From Vicinamibacterales bacterium (GTDB lineage Bacteria > Acidobacteriota > Vicinamibacteria > Vicinamibacterales > CAVVIG01): a DNA stretch of 33,093 bases. Positions 1 through 8,162 of the stretch are shown one piece after another. The stretch's first letter is position 1. Each line of letters begins with the position of its first letter. The notes beneath the pieces were generated by a model that searched no databases, was not told the DNA's origin, and saw only the letters and a list, made by a program, of their open reading frames with translations. A program made the translations under genes and the position numbers. Location: assembly GCA_035571855.1 (NCBI GenBank), contig DATNBT010000093.1, positions 1-33,093 on the forward strand, written 5' to 3'.

Positions 1-2574
1 GGCATGCTCGTGTTCGGCGGCGCGGGCGGCCGCGTCAACGAAGCGCGCATCCAGGTCGACGGCCTCAACACCGGCGCGGCGTTCAACGGCGCCGGCGTCT
101 CCAGCTACGTCGTCGACATCGGCAACGCGCAGGAAATCTCCATGACGACCTCCGGCGGCCTCGGCGAAGCCGAAGTCGGCGGGCCGTCGTTCTCGATCGT
201 GCCCAAGACCGGCGGCAACGCGATCAAGGGCAGCGTGTACCAGTCGAACGTCACGAAGGGCATGGTGGGCGACAACTACACCGACGCGCTCAAGGCGGCG
301 GGCCTGTCGACGCCTGGCAAGCTCTACAAGCTGTGGGACACGAACATCGGCGTGGGCGGCCCGATCAAGAAGGACACGGTGTGGTTCTTCGCGCAGTTCC
401 GCGACGAAGGCAGCCACCGCACGATTCCGGGCATGTTCGCCAACGTCAACATGGGCGACCCGACGAAGTGGACCTACGTCGCCGATCCGAGCCGTCCGGC
501 GGTGGCCGCCGGCAGCTGGCGCAACGGCGCGCTGCGTCTGACGTTCCAGCCGACGACGCGCAACAAGTTCAACGTGTTCTGGGATCAGCAGATCCCCTGC
601 CAGGGCGCGGGCGTCCTCGGCAGCAACGCGGGCTGCCGCCAGAGCGGCGACGGCGAAATCATCTGCGGCGCGCCCGGCGCGAGCAACCCGGCGTGCACGT
701 CGAACACGGCGCCTGAAATCGGCACCTACCTCGCCGGCTTCGGCCAGCGCGTCCAGCAGGCGACGTGGAGCTCGCCGTGGACGAACAAGCTGCTCCTCGA
801 AGCGGGCTTCGGCACCTACTGGAGCCAGTGGGGCGGCATTCAGCATCCCGGCAGCAACTTCTACGATCTGATCGGCGTCACCGAACAGTGCGCGCCGAGC
901 TGCGCGGCCAACGGCAACATCGCCAACCTGCAGTACCGCTCCGGCACATATCGCTGGAACCTGCAGGGCACGGTGTCCTGGCGCGCGTCGGCGTCGTATG
1001 TCACGGGCGCCCAGAGCATGAAGTTCGGCTATCAGGGCGGCTACCTCTACGACCATCAGTACACCTACACGAACAGCCAGTACCTCGCGTTCCGCGTCAA
1101 CAACGGCGTGCCGAACCAGCTGACGGAACAGCTCAACGCGTTCCCGGCGGATCAGCGCGTGCGCTACGACGCGTTCTACGCGCAGGATCAGAAGACGATC
1201 GGCAAGTACACGATCCAGGGCGCCCTCCGGTACGATCGCGCGTGGAGCTACTTCCCGGCGGTCACGGTGGGTCCGGAGCGCTTCCTGCCGAACGCGATCA
1301 GCTTCCCCGAGACGAAGGGCGTGAATTCGTACAACGACATCACACCGCGTGTCGGCCTCGCGATGGACGTGTTCGGCAACGGCAAGACGTCGATCAAGGT
1401 CAACGCCGGCAAGTACCTCCAGGCCGCCCAGAACGGCCTCGCATACGCGACGCTGCGTCCCAGCGGCCGCCTGCAGGGCACTTCGGCTCGGACCTGGACC
1501 GACACGAACCGCGACTTCGTTCCCAATTGCGACCTGCTGAACCAGGCCGCCAACGGCGAATGCGGTCAGGGCAACACGGGATTCGGCACGAGCGCGTTCA
1601 CGAGCGACCTCGATCCGAAGCTCGTGGGCGGCTGGGGCGTGCGGCCGGGCGACTGGGGCTTCGGCGCCAGCGTCCAGCAGCAGATCCTCCCGCGCATGTC
1701 GGTCGAAGTCGGCTACAACCGCCGCTGGCTGACCAACTTCACGTGGGATGACAACGTCCTGCAGCCGGTCGGCCAGTTCGGCCAGTACACGATCGTCGCC
1801 CCGAGCGATCCCCGCCTCCCGGCCGCGGCACAGGGCCGCACGAGCGGCATCCTCTACAACGCCAACCCGGCGGTCGCGGCGTCGACGAACAACGTCACGA
1901 AGCTCGCGACGGATCTCCCGGGCGGCACCTACTCGCAGGTGTACAACGGCGTCCTGCTGAACGTGTCGGCGCGTCCGCGGACGGGCCTCGTGTTCCAGGG
2001 CGGCGTCAGCGGCGGTCCGACGAGGACCGACTACTGCGGCGCCCGCGCGGCGTCACCGGCGTTTACGGCGCTCGGCGCACAGGGCGTGGCGAATCCGTGG
2101 TGCAACACGGTCACGGGCTTCCTCGCGCGCTACACGGGTCTCGGCAGCTACACGCTGCCGAAGATCGACGTGCTCGTCTCGGGCACGTTCCGCAGCGACG
2201 CCGGCGCGCCGCTCGCGGCCAACTGGACGATCACGCAGGCGGCTTCGCCGTCGAACTGGGCCGCGATTCAGTCGCAGCTCGGCCGTCCGCTCAGCCTCGC
2301 GGCGACGAGCGTCACGGTCAACCTCGTCGAGCCGGGCACGCTGTATGGCGACCGGGTCAACGAGTTCGACGCGCGCCTCGCGAAGATCATCCGCATCGGC
2401 CGGACCCGCACGAACATCGGGTTCGACCTCTACAACCTGCTCAACTCGTCGGCGGTTCTCAGCTACAACCAGGCGTTCAGCACCACGGCTCTGACCGGTG
2501 CGGCGGCCTGGCTGTCGCCGTCGAGCGTGCTGCAGCCGCGGTTCTGGAAGTTCTCGGTCCAGGTGGACTTCTAG
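1..2574 (+). CDS. TonB-dependent receptor-like outer-membrane beta-barrel protein, 5'-truncated by the window edge
   Basis: The frame is open from base 1 (ORF track 4..2574). It is a clear paralog of the 5039..8056 product across the barrel: WSSPWTNKLLLEAGFG vs WSSPVSSKLLLEAGGT, DITPRVGLAMDVFGNGKTSIKVNAGKY vs DFDPRIGAAYDLFGNGKTAIKGSIGRY, and GGWGVRPGDWGFGASVQQQILPRMSVEVGYNRRW vs TGWGVRPYNWESQLSIQQQVAPRVSVYLGYSRRW. The C-terminus ...FSVQVDF ends in an aromatic residue, as is typical of OM barrels. Confidence 0.85.
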   Translation, partial: GMLVFGGAGGRVNEARIQVDGLNTGAAFNGAGVSSYVVDIGNAQEISMTTSGGLGEAEVGGPSFSIVPKTGGNAIKGSVYQSNVTKGMVGDNYTDALKAAGLSTPGKLYKLWDTNIGVGGPIKKDTVWFFAQFRDEGSHRTIPGMFANVNMGDPTKWTYVADPSRPAVAAGSWRNGALRLTFQPTTRNKFNVFWDQQIPCQGAGVLGSNAGCRQSGDGEIICGAPGASNPACTSNTAPEIGTYLAGFGQRVQQATWSSPWTNKLLLEAGFGTYWSQWGGIQHPGSNFYDLIGVTEQCAPSCAANGNIANLQYRSGTYRWNLQGTVSWRASASYVTGAQSMKFGYQGGYLYDHQYTYTNSQYLAFRVNNGVPNQLTEQLNAFPADQRVRYDAFYAQDQKTIGKYTIQGALRYDRAWSYFPAVTVGPERFLPNAISFPETKGVNSYNDITPRVGLAMDVFGNGKTSIKVNAGKYLQAAQNGLAYATLRPSGRLQGTSARTWTDTNRDFVPNCDLLNQAANGECGQGNTGFGTSAFTSDLDPKLVGGWGVRPGDWGFGASVQQQILPRMSVEVGYNRRWLTNFTWDDNVLQPVGQFGQYTIVAPSDPRLPAAAQGRTSGILYNANPAVAASTNNVTKLATDLPGGTYSQVYNGVLLNVSARPRTGLVFQGGVSGGPTRTDYCGARAASPAFTALGAQGVANPWCNTVTGFLARYTGLGSYTLPKIDVLVSGTFRSDAGAPLAANWTITQAASPSNWAAIQSQLGRPLSLAATSVTVNLVEPGTLYGDRVNEFDARLAKIIRIGRTRTNIGFDLYNLLNSSAVLSYNQAFSTTALTGAAAWLSPSSVLQPRFWKFSVQVDF

Positions 2575-2580
2575 AATTTG

Positions 2581-2612
2581 GTAATCGGGTAATCCTGTAA
2601 TCGGATAATTTA
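2581..2612. repeat. Four tandem 8-nt units: GTAATCGG GTAATCCT GTAATCGG ATAATTTA
   Basis: Read directly from an AT-rich island between the receptor stop codon (2572..2574) and the terminator hairpin. Function unknown. Confidence 0.5.
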
Positions 2613-2646
2613 AGGCTCGGGGCTGAAAAGCCCCGGGCCTTTTTTT
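2613..2646 (+). terminator. Rho-independent terminator
   Basis: An 11-bp stem pairs AGGCTCGGGGC (2613..2623) with GCCCCGGGCCT (2630..2640), including one G.U pair. The loop is the 6-nt TGAAAA, followed by a T-run through 2646. It lies 39 nt after the receptor stop. Confidence 0.8.
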
Positions 2647-3072
2647 ATGGACGATCGCACCACTGCATACGTGCTCGCAGCGCAGCCCGTCTTCGAGGAT
2701 CTCAGGCAGGTCGCCGCGCAGCTCGCCGGGCTGCTCGTACTCGTGGCGACAGAATCAAAAGAAGCGACGCCGGATCACCCGATGCTGCTGACGTCGCGGC
2801 AGGTCTTCGCCGCGGCTGAAGACGGGATGAAAGACGTCCGCGCCACCGAACACGCGCGCGCGCATCACCGCAGCCTGGTAGCAGCGAGCGTCTCGTTGAA
2901 TGAAGCGCTGACACGCGCGACCGCGTGGCCGATCGATATCGATGCCGTGCTTGGTCCCCTGCAACACGCGTACGCATGTCTGCAGCAGGCATCGCACGCG
3001 TTACCCGGATTTCCCGTCGTCGAAATGTCTCAGGGATGCTGTGCTCTGAGCAAGTCCCCCAACGTCTTCTGA
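2647..3072 (+). CDS. Hypothetical protein, 141 aa, predicted helical
   Basis: ATG ORF with mostly G/C third positions, though noticeably less biased than its neighbours. No motif recognised. The ATG directly abuts the terminator T-tract, leaving no room for an SD or promoter. The 3' end overlaps the convergent 3030..4970 gene by 43 nt. Confidence 0.4.
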   Translation: MDDRTTAYVLAAQPVFEDLRQVAAQLAGLLVLVATESKEATPDHPMLLTSRQVFAAAEDGMKDVRATEHARAHHRSLVAASVSLNEALTRATAWPIDIDAVLGPLQHAYACLQQASHALPGFPVVEMSQGCCALSKSPNVF

Positions 3073-4970
3073 GCCGCCGGCGACTGCGGCTGAAGCCGCA
3101 GCGCTTCCTTCGCCTCCCTGATTCCCTCGTCCAGCTTCCCCGTCATCGCCAGCGCGAGACCGAGATTTCTGTGCGCGTCGGCGTTACGCGGATCGAGCTC
3201 CGCGGCGCGGCGCAGATGCGTGACGGCATCGGCGATCTGATTCCGCGCGCCCAGCAGGACGCCGAGGTTGAAGTGCGCGTCCCCGTTGTCGGGGTTCAGC
3301 GTGACCGCGCGCGCGAACTCGTCGATGGCTTCCGTCGTCGCGCCGCCGGCTTCGAGCGCGCTCGCGAGGTTGAAATGCACGCGGTCGTCTTTCGGCGCGA
3401 GCGACACCGCCAGCCGGCCTTCGCGCACCGAATCGGCGACGCGGCCCTGCGCCTGGTACGCCGTCGCGAGGTTGCTGTGCGCCTCGGCGTCGCGCGGGTT
3501 CAGGCGCACCGCCTCGTTCAGCTCTTTCACCGCGTCGGCGACGCGTCCGGCCTGCAGGTATTTCGTCGCCAGGTAGTTGTGCGCGAGCGGATCGTCCGGG
3601 CTCACCCGCACCTGCGTTTCGCCGCCGGCGATGTCCGCTTTCAGCGCGCGCACGTTGTAGTCGCGCATCAGGACGGCGAGATCCTCGGCGCGGTGCGGCT
3701 GCACCTCGAGCCACATCGCCCCCATTTCGTCGGCCGACTTCGGCCCCCATTTGATGCGCGAGGCGCCCTTCGAGTTGTCGTACGTGATGCGCATCGACAG
3801 CGTCGTGCCCGCCGGCAGCGCCACCGGCGACGCGTACCTGTACTGATCCTGCCAGCGGAAATCCCACTGCTTGATCCACAGCAGCCATTTCGTGCTGCCG
3901 TCCGGCAGCGTCGCCTTTGCCTGCATGTCCTTCGCGTGGTAGTGCGCGTGCGGGTAGATGCTCGTCGCGTCGACGTCGGCCGGCAGCACGTAGCTGTCTT
4001 CGACGACGTACGCCTTCTCGCCGGCGGGGATGTCGATCGACTTCGACTCGAGCCGGACGAGAAACGGCTCGCGCGCCGGCGCCTGGTCCGTCACGAAGAG
4101 GCCGAGCACCGGCCGCACCGGCTCCGGCTTCCCCGTCGGCAGCAGATGCATCTGGACGACGAGGTCGCTGCCTTTCTCGAGCGTCCAGGCGCGATCCGCG
4201 GGCTCCATGTACGGCGCCTTTCCGGGCGACCAGCCGTAGACGTTCTGCACCTGATCGTCGGGCATCGCCGCGAATCCCGGCTGTCCGTCGCGGCCGTCCA
4301 GCTTGCGCGACACCCGGAACCGATCGACGCCGACGCTCGCGTGGTGGAACATCCGCGGGTTGTCGGCGCGCAGCTCGATCGCGCGCACGTACATCGCCTG
4401 ACGCGTGGCTTGCCCTGAGCGTGAGTCGAAGGGGACGGGGATGACGAAGTTCCTGAACAGATCGCCGCCGGAGGCGGGCACGGTGAACGCCTTCGGCGCC
4501 TCCACCACGAGGTCCGGTTGCCCGAGCTGCCAGCCGTTCGGGAGATCGGGCAGCGGCGGCTTCGCGGCCGGGTCGCCTTCGGGCGCGCCCTGCTCCGCCC
4601 ACGTCCGCAGCAGCGCGATCTGCGCGTCGCTCAGCGTCCGCGCGCCCGCGAAGTCTCCGTAGCCGGCGGCCGGCAGCCACGGCGGCATCGTCTTTCGCTC
4701 GACGGCCGACGCGATCTGCTTCGCGTGCGCCGCGACGTCTTTGTATTCGAGCACGCTGAAGGGAGCGCCGGCGAAACAAATCGGATCGCCCGAGGCCGTC
4801 GTCCGCGAGCCGTCAATCGGCCGGTGACACGTCGCGCAGTTGGAGTAGACGATCGGCGCGATGTCTTTGTTGAAGGTAACGACGTGTAGCGGCTGGGCCT
4901 GCGGCCTCTGCGAACACGCGGCCGCAAGAAAGAGGCAGGAGAGGCAGGAAAGGCGGGACGGGAAAGACAT
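3030..4970 (-). CDS. Lipoprotein fusing a c-type cytochrome domain, a PHM/DBH-like copper type II monooxygenase core and C-terminal TPR repeats
   Basis: Signal peptide with lipobox LFLAAAC (Cys19). Haem motif CATCH at residues 45-49, with KTMPPW downstream. Copper-ligand-like residues are FHH (209-210), QMH (275), HAH (341-343) and SADEM (Met416). Their spacing matches the PHM CuH/CuM ligands. About 5 TPR repeats occupy residues ~460-640 (e.g. AEAHSNLATAYQAQGR, GDAHFNLGVLLGARN, ADAHRNLGLALAMTGK). Confidence 0.85.
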   Translation of the reverse strand: MSFPSRLSCLSCLFLAAACSQRPQAQPLHVVTFNKDIAPIVYSNCATCHRPIDGSRTTASGDPICFAGAPFSVLEYKDVAAHAKQIASAVERKTMPPWLPAAGYGDFAGARTLSDAQIALLRTWAEQGAPEGDPAAKPPLPDLPNGWQLGQPDLVVEAPKAFTVPASGGDLFRNFVIPVPFDSRSGQATRQAMYVRAIELRADNPRMFHHASVGVDRFRVSRKLDGRDGQPGFAAMPDDQVQNVYGWSPGKAPYMEPADRAWTLEKGSDLVVQMHLLPTGKPEPVRPVLGLFVTDQAPAREPFLVRLESKSIDIPAGEKAYVVEDSYVLPADVDATSIYPHAHYHAKDMQAKATLPDGSTKWLLWIKQWDFRWQDQYRYASPVALPAGTTLSMRITYDNSKGASRIKWGPKSADEMGAMWLEVQPHRAEDLAVLMRDYNVRALKADIAGGETQVRVSPDDPLAHNYLATKYLQAGRVADAVKELNEAVRLNPRDAEAHSNLATAYQAQGRVADSVREGRLAVSLAPKDDRVHFNLASALEAGGATTEAIDEFARAVTLNPDNGDAHFNLGVLLGARNQIADAVTHLRRAAELDPRNADAHRNLGLALAMTGKLDEGIREAKEALRLQPQSPAAQKTLGDLLRAQHP

Positions 4971-5026
4971 CCTTCTTATTCTGTCTTACCGTCCTGCCTG
5001 TCCCGCCCTTCCCGCCCCTCCTGCCT
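4933..5026 (-). promoter_or_regulatory. Long imperfect inverted repeat (RNA hairpin) bracketing the start codon of the 3030..4970 gene
   Basis: The outer block 4933..4959 pairs with 5000..5026: 24 Watson-Crick pairs plus 3 A.C mismatches that become G.U on the minus-strand RNA. The inner block 4961..4968 pairs with 4983..4990 at 7 of 8 positions. The loop 4969..4982 reads AGAAUAAGAAGGAU on the minus strand, which is a purine-rich SD-like sequence plus the AU of the AUG. Confidence 0.5.
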
Positions 5027-5038
5027 ACGTAGACTGCG

Positions 5039-8000
5039 CTAGAACTGGACCTGCACTCCGAAGTCGACGAACCGCGGCGTCATGATGACCGTCGGCGCGA
5101 GCCACGAGGTGCCGTAGGTCTGCTGATACGCGTTGTTCGTGTTGGTCGGATTCGCGTTGAACAGGTTGTAGACCGACACCGTCGGACGGATCGTCGTCGC
5201 CCGGAACTTGATGCTCTTCGTGAACCGGATGTCCGTCTGGTAGATGCGATCGAGATACAGCAGACCAGGCTGCACGAGGCTCACCGACGGCGCCACGCTC
5301 GAGAACGTGCGGCCGAGCGTGAGACCCGGGGTGGTGTTCGTCAGCGGGTAGTTCGCGTTGATCTGCGCGCCCGGCAGGCTCTGGAAGCTGATCGAGCCGC
5401 CGATGCCCCACGGGAACGGATAGGTCAGCTGTCCCTTGACGTTCGGCTGGAACGGCGGATGCACGTCGCAGTACGCCGTCGTGTGCGGCGTGTTCGTGCT
5501 GAGCGTGCCGACGCCCACCGACGTGATCTGGAGGTTGTCCTCGAAGTCGCAGATGTTGAAGCGCTCGCGGCCCCAGCTCACGCCGCCGTTGACGAGGATG
5601 CCCTTCGCCAGGCGCGCGTTCGCGTCGAAGTCGATGCCGTCGTACACGTCCTGCACCTTGCCGAAGTTGTCAGCCTTCTGAATCAGGCTGATCGCCGTCG
5701 TCGGCCGGACGAGGTCGAAGTATCCGCACTGCTGGCCGCCGGCGCCCGGCAGAGACACGCCGGTCACGGACGGAGCCGTCGGAACGCCGATGCAGTACGG
5801 GGTGTAGCTGGCATTGGTCACCGCGGTGTTCTGCGTGGCGAAGAAGTTGCCGAACCAGCGGCGCGAGTACCCGAGGTACACCGAGACGCGCGGGGCGACC
5901 TGCTGCTGGATGCTCAGCTGCGATTCCCAGTTGTACGGACGCACGCCCCAGCCCGTGACGATGGCCGGATCGTAGGTCGTCGTCGGCGCCACCTGCGTGC
6001 CGAACGTCGGCGCCGCGAGCGGACCGCACGTGCCGTTGGCGAGCGGGTTCGACAGGTTGCAGTCGAGACGCGGATCGAGCTGGCCGGCCGGATCGGCGCT
6101 CCACGTGCGCGTCGTCGAGTTGATCGTCGACGTCACGGGATTGACCGCGCGCGCGATCGTGTAGCCGTCGGCGACGACGTAGCGGCCGATGCTGCCCTTG
6201 ATGGCCGTCTTGCCGTTGCCGAACAGATCGTAGGCCGCGCCGATACGCGGATCGAAGTCCTTCCAGTTCGGGACGTTGTCGAGGCCGGCAAACGAACGCG
6301 CCGGCGTGAACGGACCCGCGTTGAGGCTCTGCGGATCGACCGAGGCCTTCAGGAAGTCGATGCGCGCGCCGTAGTTGAGCGTCAGGCGCTTGATGGTCCA
6401 CTGATCCTGCGCGTAGAGGCCCATGTTGTAGTTGACGGTCTCGTGGAACGAGATCGGCGTCGCGAACTCGGTGATCGAGAACGGCGCGCCGTTGTTCAGC
6501 GTCAGCGACAGCGAGTTGTTCGGCTCCTGCGTGACGTAGCGCCACTGGTGCATCAGGTTGAAGCCGACCTTCGTGCTGTGCGAACCGGTGACGTACGACA
6601 CCGAGGCGCGGTAGTTGATCTGGTTGCTGCGGTTGGCGCCGTACTGGGTGCCCGCCGATCCCCAGGTCGACGGCATGCCGGGCTGCGGCAGGCGCTCGGT
6701 GATCTGGAACTGCGTCTCAGGCACACCGGGCTGACGGAAACCGTGGAAGTCCTGCGCCGTCAGCGTGCCGCCGGCTTCGAGCAGCAGCTTGCTGCTGACC
6801 GGCGAGCTCCAGCTGGCCTGGATGATGTACTGCGGGATGTTCTTGAACTCGGGGCACGCGCTGATGGCGGTCAGGAAGCTCGGCACGAAGCAGTTGCCGA
6901 AGTCCGTGTACTGCCAGTCGTAGTACGCGTTCACCTTGTTCTTCGGGCTCACCTGCGTCGTCAGACGGGCCGCGGCGCTCTGGTGCCACACCGGGAACAG
7001 GTTCTGCGCCGTGGTGCAGTTGCCGGCCGCGTCCTTGTTACAGCTGTAGATCTTCTCGGTGAAGTCCGCGTCCTTGAACGATCCGGCGACGTTGTTGTAC
7101 GTGCCCCAGTGGCGGAAGCCGCCGTAGATCCACATGCGGTCCTTGATGATCGGGCCGCCGGCGTCCGGGTTGATGTCCCAGATCTTGTTGACGAGGTTCG
7201 CGCTCTTGAGGCCCTGCGAGATCTGCGTCGCGTCGAGGTTGTTGCTCTCGAGCGACTGATTCGTGAAGCGGCCGTCGAACGTTCCGCGGAAGACGTTGCT
7301 GCCTTCCTTCGGGATGAAGTTCGACATGACCGACGCGCGCTCGAACTCGGCGCCGTTGCCGCCGGTCTGGAACGTGATTTCCTGCGCGAGGGCGTTGTTC
7401 AGGTAGTTGCCGTACTGGAGGCCGCCCTGGCCCGAACCGTTGATGATCGGCATGCCGTCGACCATGACGAGGCTGTCCGCCGCGCGGCTGCCGTGGACGA
7501 CGAGGTTCATGCCCGTCTCGGGGATCGACCCGCCGACGTTCTGCGAGACGCCGGTGACGAACACGCCGGGCGTCATCGCCGCGAAGCTGACGAAGTTGCG
7601 GTCGGTCGGCAGCGCGTCCATGACTTCGCGCGACGACGTCTGCTTCTGCACGACGTTCTGCGTGTCGACGATGGGGCTTTCGCCGGTGACCGTGATCGTC
7701 TCGGAGACCTGGCCGACTTTCATGTCGGCGTTGACGTTCGCCGTGAACGCGGACGTCAGCTCGATGCCTTCGCGCTTCACCGTCGCGAAGCCCGTCAGCG
7801 TGAACGTCACGGAATAGGTGCCCGGACGGAGATCGATGATCTTGTAGGCGCCCTGGCCGTCGGTGACGGCCGTGCGGACTTTCTCAATCAGCGCGGGGCT
7901 GGCGACTTCGACGGTCACGCCCGGCAGAACGGCGCCGCTCGTATCCTTCACGACGCCCGCGATTGAGCCCGACTGACCCTGCGCCAGCGCGAACGCGGGC

Positions 8001-8056
8001 ACGAGAGCCAGAAGCAGCATCGCGATGCTGATTCGTACAGCTCGAACAACTCCCAT
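5039..8056 (-). CDS. TonB-dependent receptor with an N-terminal carboxypeptidase-regulatory-like domain
   Basis: Signal peptide MGVVRAVRISIAMLLLALVPAFALAQ. CarboxypepD_reg-like segment GSIAGVVKDTSGAVLPGVTVEVASPALIEKVRTAVTDGQGAYKIIDLRPGTYSVTFTLTGF. Plug-like region (VVHGSRAADSLVMVDGMPI), a long barrel, and a C-terminal ...FGVQVQF. A strong SD, GAGGAGGAA, lies 4 nt upstream of the ATG. Confidence 0.92.
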   Translation of the reverse strand: MGVVRAVRISIAMLLLALVPAFALAQGQSGSIAGVVKDTSGAVLPGVTVEVASPALIEKVRTAVTDGQGAYKIIDLRPGTYSVTFTLTGFATVKREGIELTSAFTANVNADMKVGQVSETITVTGESPIVDTQNVVQKQTSSREVMDALPTDRNFVSFAAMTPGVFVTGVSQNVGGSIPETGMNLVVHGSRAADSLVMVDGMPIINGSGQGGLQYGNYLNNALAQEITFQTGGNGAEFERASVMSNFIPKEGSNVFRGTFDGRFTNQSLESNNLDATQISQGLKSANLVNKIWDINPDAGGPIIKDRMWIYGGFRHWGTYNNVAGSFKDADFTEKIYSCNKDAAGNCTTAQNLFPVWHQSAAARLTTQVSPKNKVNAYYDWQYTDFGNCFVPSFLTAISACPEFKNIPQYIIQASWSSPVSSKLLLEAGGTLTAQDFHGFRQPGVPETQFQITERLPQPGMPSTWGSAGTQYGANRSNQINYRASVSYVTGSHSTKVGFNLMHQWRYVTQEPNNSLSLTLNNGAPFSITEFATPISFHETVNYNMGLYAQDQWTIKRLTLNYGARIDFLKASVDPQSLNAGPFTPARSFAGLDNVPNWKDFDPRIGAAYDLFGNGKTAIKGSIGRYVVADGYTIARAVNPVTSTINSTTRTWSADPAGQLDPRLDCNLSNPLANGTCGPLAAPTFGTQVAPTTTYDPAIVTGWGVRPYNWESQLSIQQQVAPRVSVYLGYSRRWFGNFFATQNTAVTNASYTPYCIGVPTAPSVTGVSLPGAGGQQCGYFDLVRPTTAISLIQKADNFGKVQDVYDGIDFDANARLAKGILVNGGVSWGRERFNICDFEDNLQITSVGVGTLSTNTPHTTAYCDVHPPFQPNVKGQLTYPFPWGIGGSISFQSLPGAQINANYPLTNTTPGLTLGRTFSSVAPSVSLVQPGLLYLDRIYQTDIRFTKSIKFRATTIRPTVSVYNLFNANPTNTNNAYQQTYGTSWLAPTVIMTPRFVDFGVQVQF

Positions 8057-8070
8057 TACTTTCCTCCTCG

Positions 8071-8106
8071 AAAAAAGAAAAAGGACAGGCCATCATATCG
8101 CCAGTC
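8071..8106 (-). terminator. Weak intrinsic-terminator-like hairpin plus U-tract between the cytochrome gene and the TonB receptor gene
   Basis: On the minus strand the sequence is GACUGGC-(9 nt loop)-GCCUGUC, giving 6 of 7 pairs with one U.U mismatch. It is followed by C and then UUUUUCUUUUUU (plus-strand A-run 8071..8082). Such a T/A run is striking in this GC-rich DNA. It ends 1 nt before the SD of the receptor gene. Confidence 0.35.
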
Positions 8107-8123
8107 AGAATGAAGATAGCGGC

Positions 8124-8152
8124 TTTATCGATACTAATCGCGCATCGTTCAA
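8124..8152 (-). promoter_or_regulatory. Candidate sigma70-like promoter, TTGAAC-N17-GATAAA
   Basis: Read on the minus strand in the AT-rich 8057..8162 spacer. The call rests on hexamer resemblance only, and the host's promoter rules are unknown. Confidence 0.2.
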
Positions 8153-8162
8153 CGGATTGGAT

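Noticed and set aside
2925-4779. ORFs 2925..4418 (+, 497 aa) and 3184..4779 (-, 531 aa, alternative frame) overlapping the monooxygenase gene
   Set aside because: Both are Arg-rich shadow frames. Only the 3030..4970 frame gives a lipobox, CxxCH, copper-ligand motifs and TPR repeats.
5459-7966. 835-aa ORF on the plus strand, antisense to the TonB receptor gene
   Set aside because: Its composition is dominated by R/A/D/V/H/G (for example RRRRHLRAERRRRERTARAVG), as expected for an off-frame or antisense reading of very GC-rich coding DNA. It has no motifs, whereas the opposite strand encodes a protein with clear family features and a strong SD.
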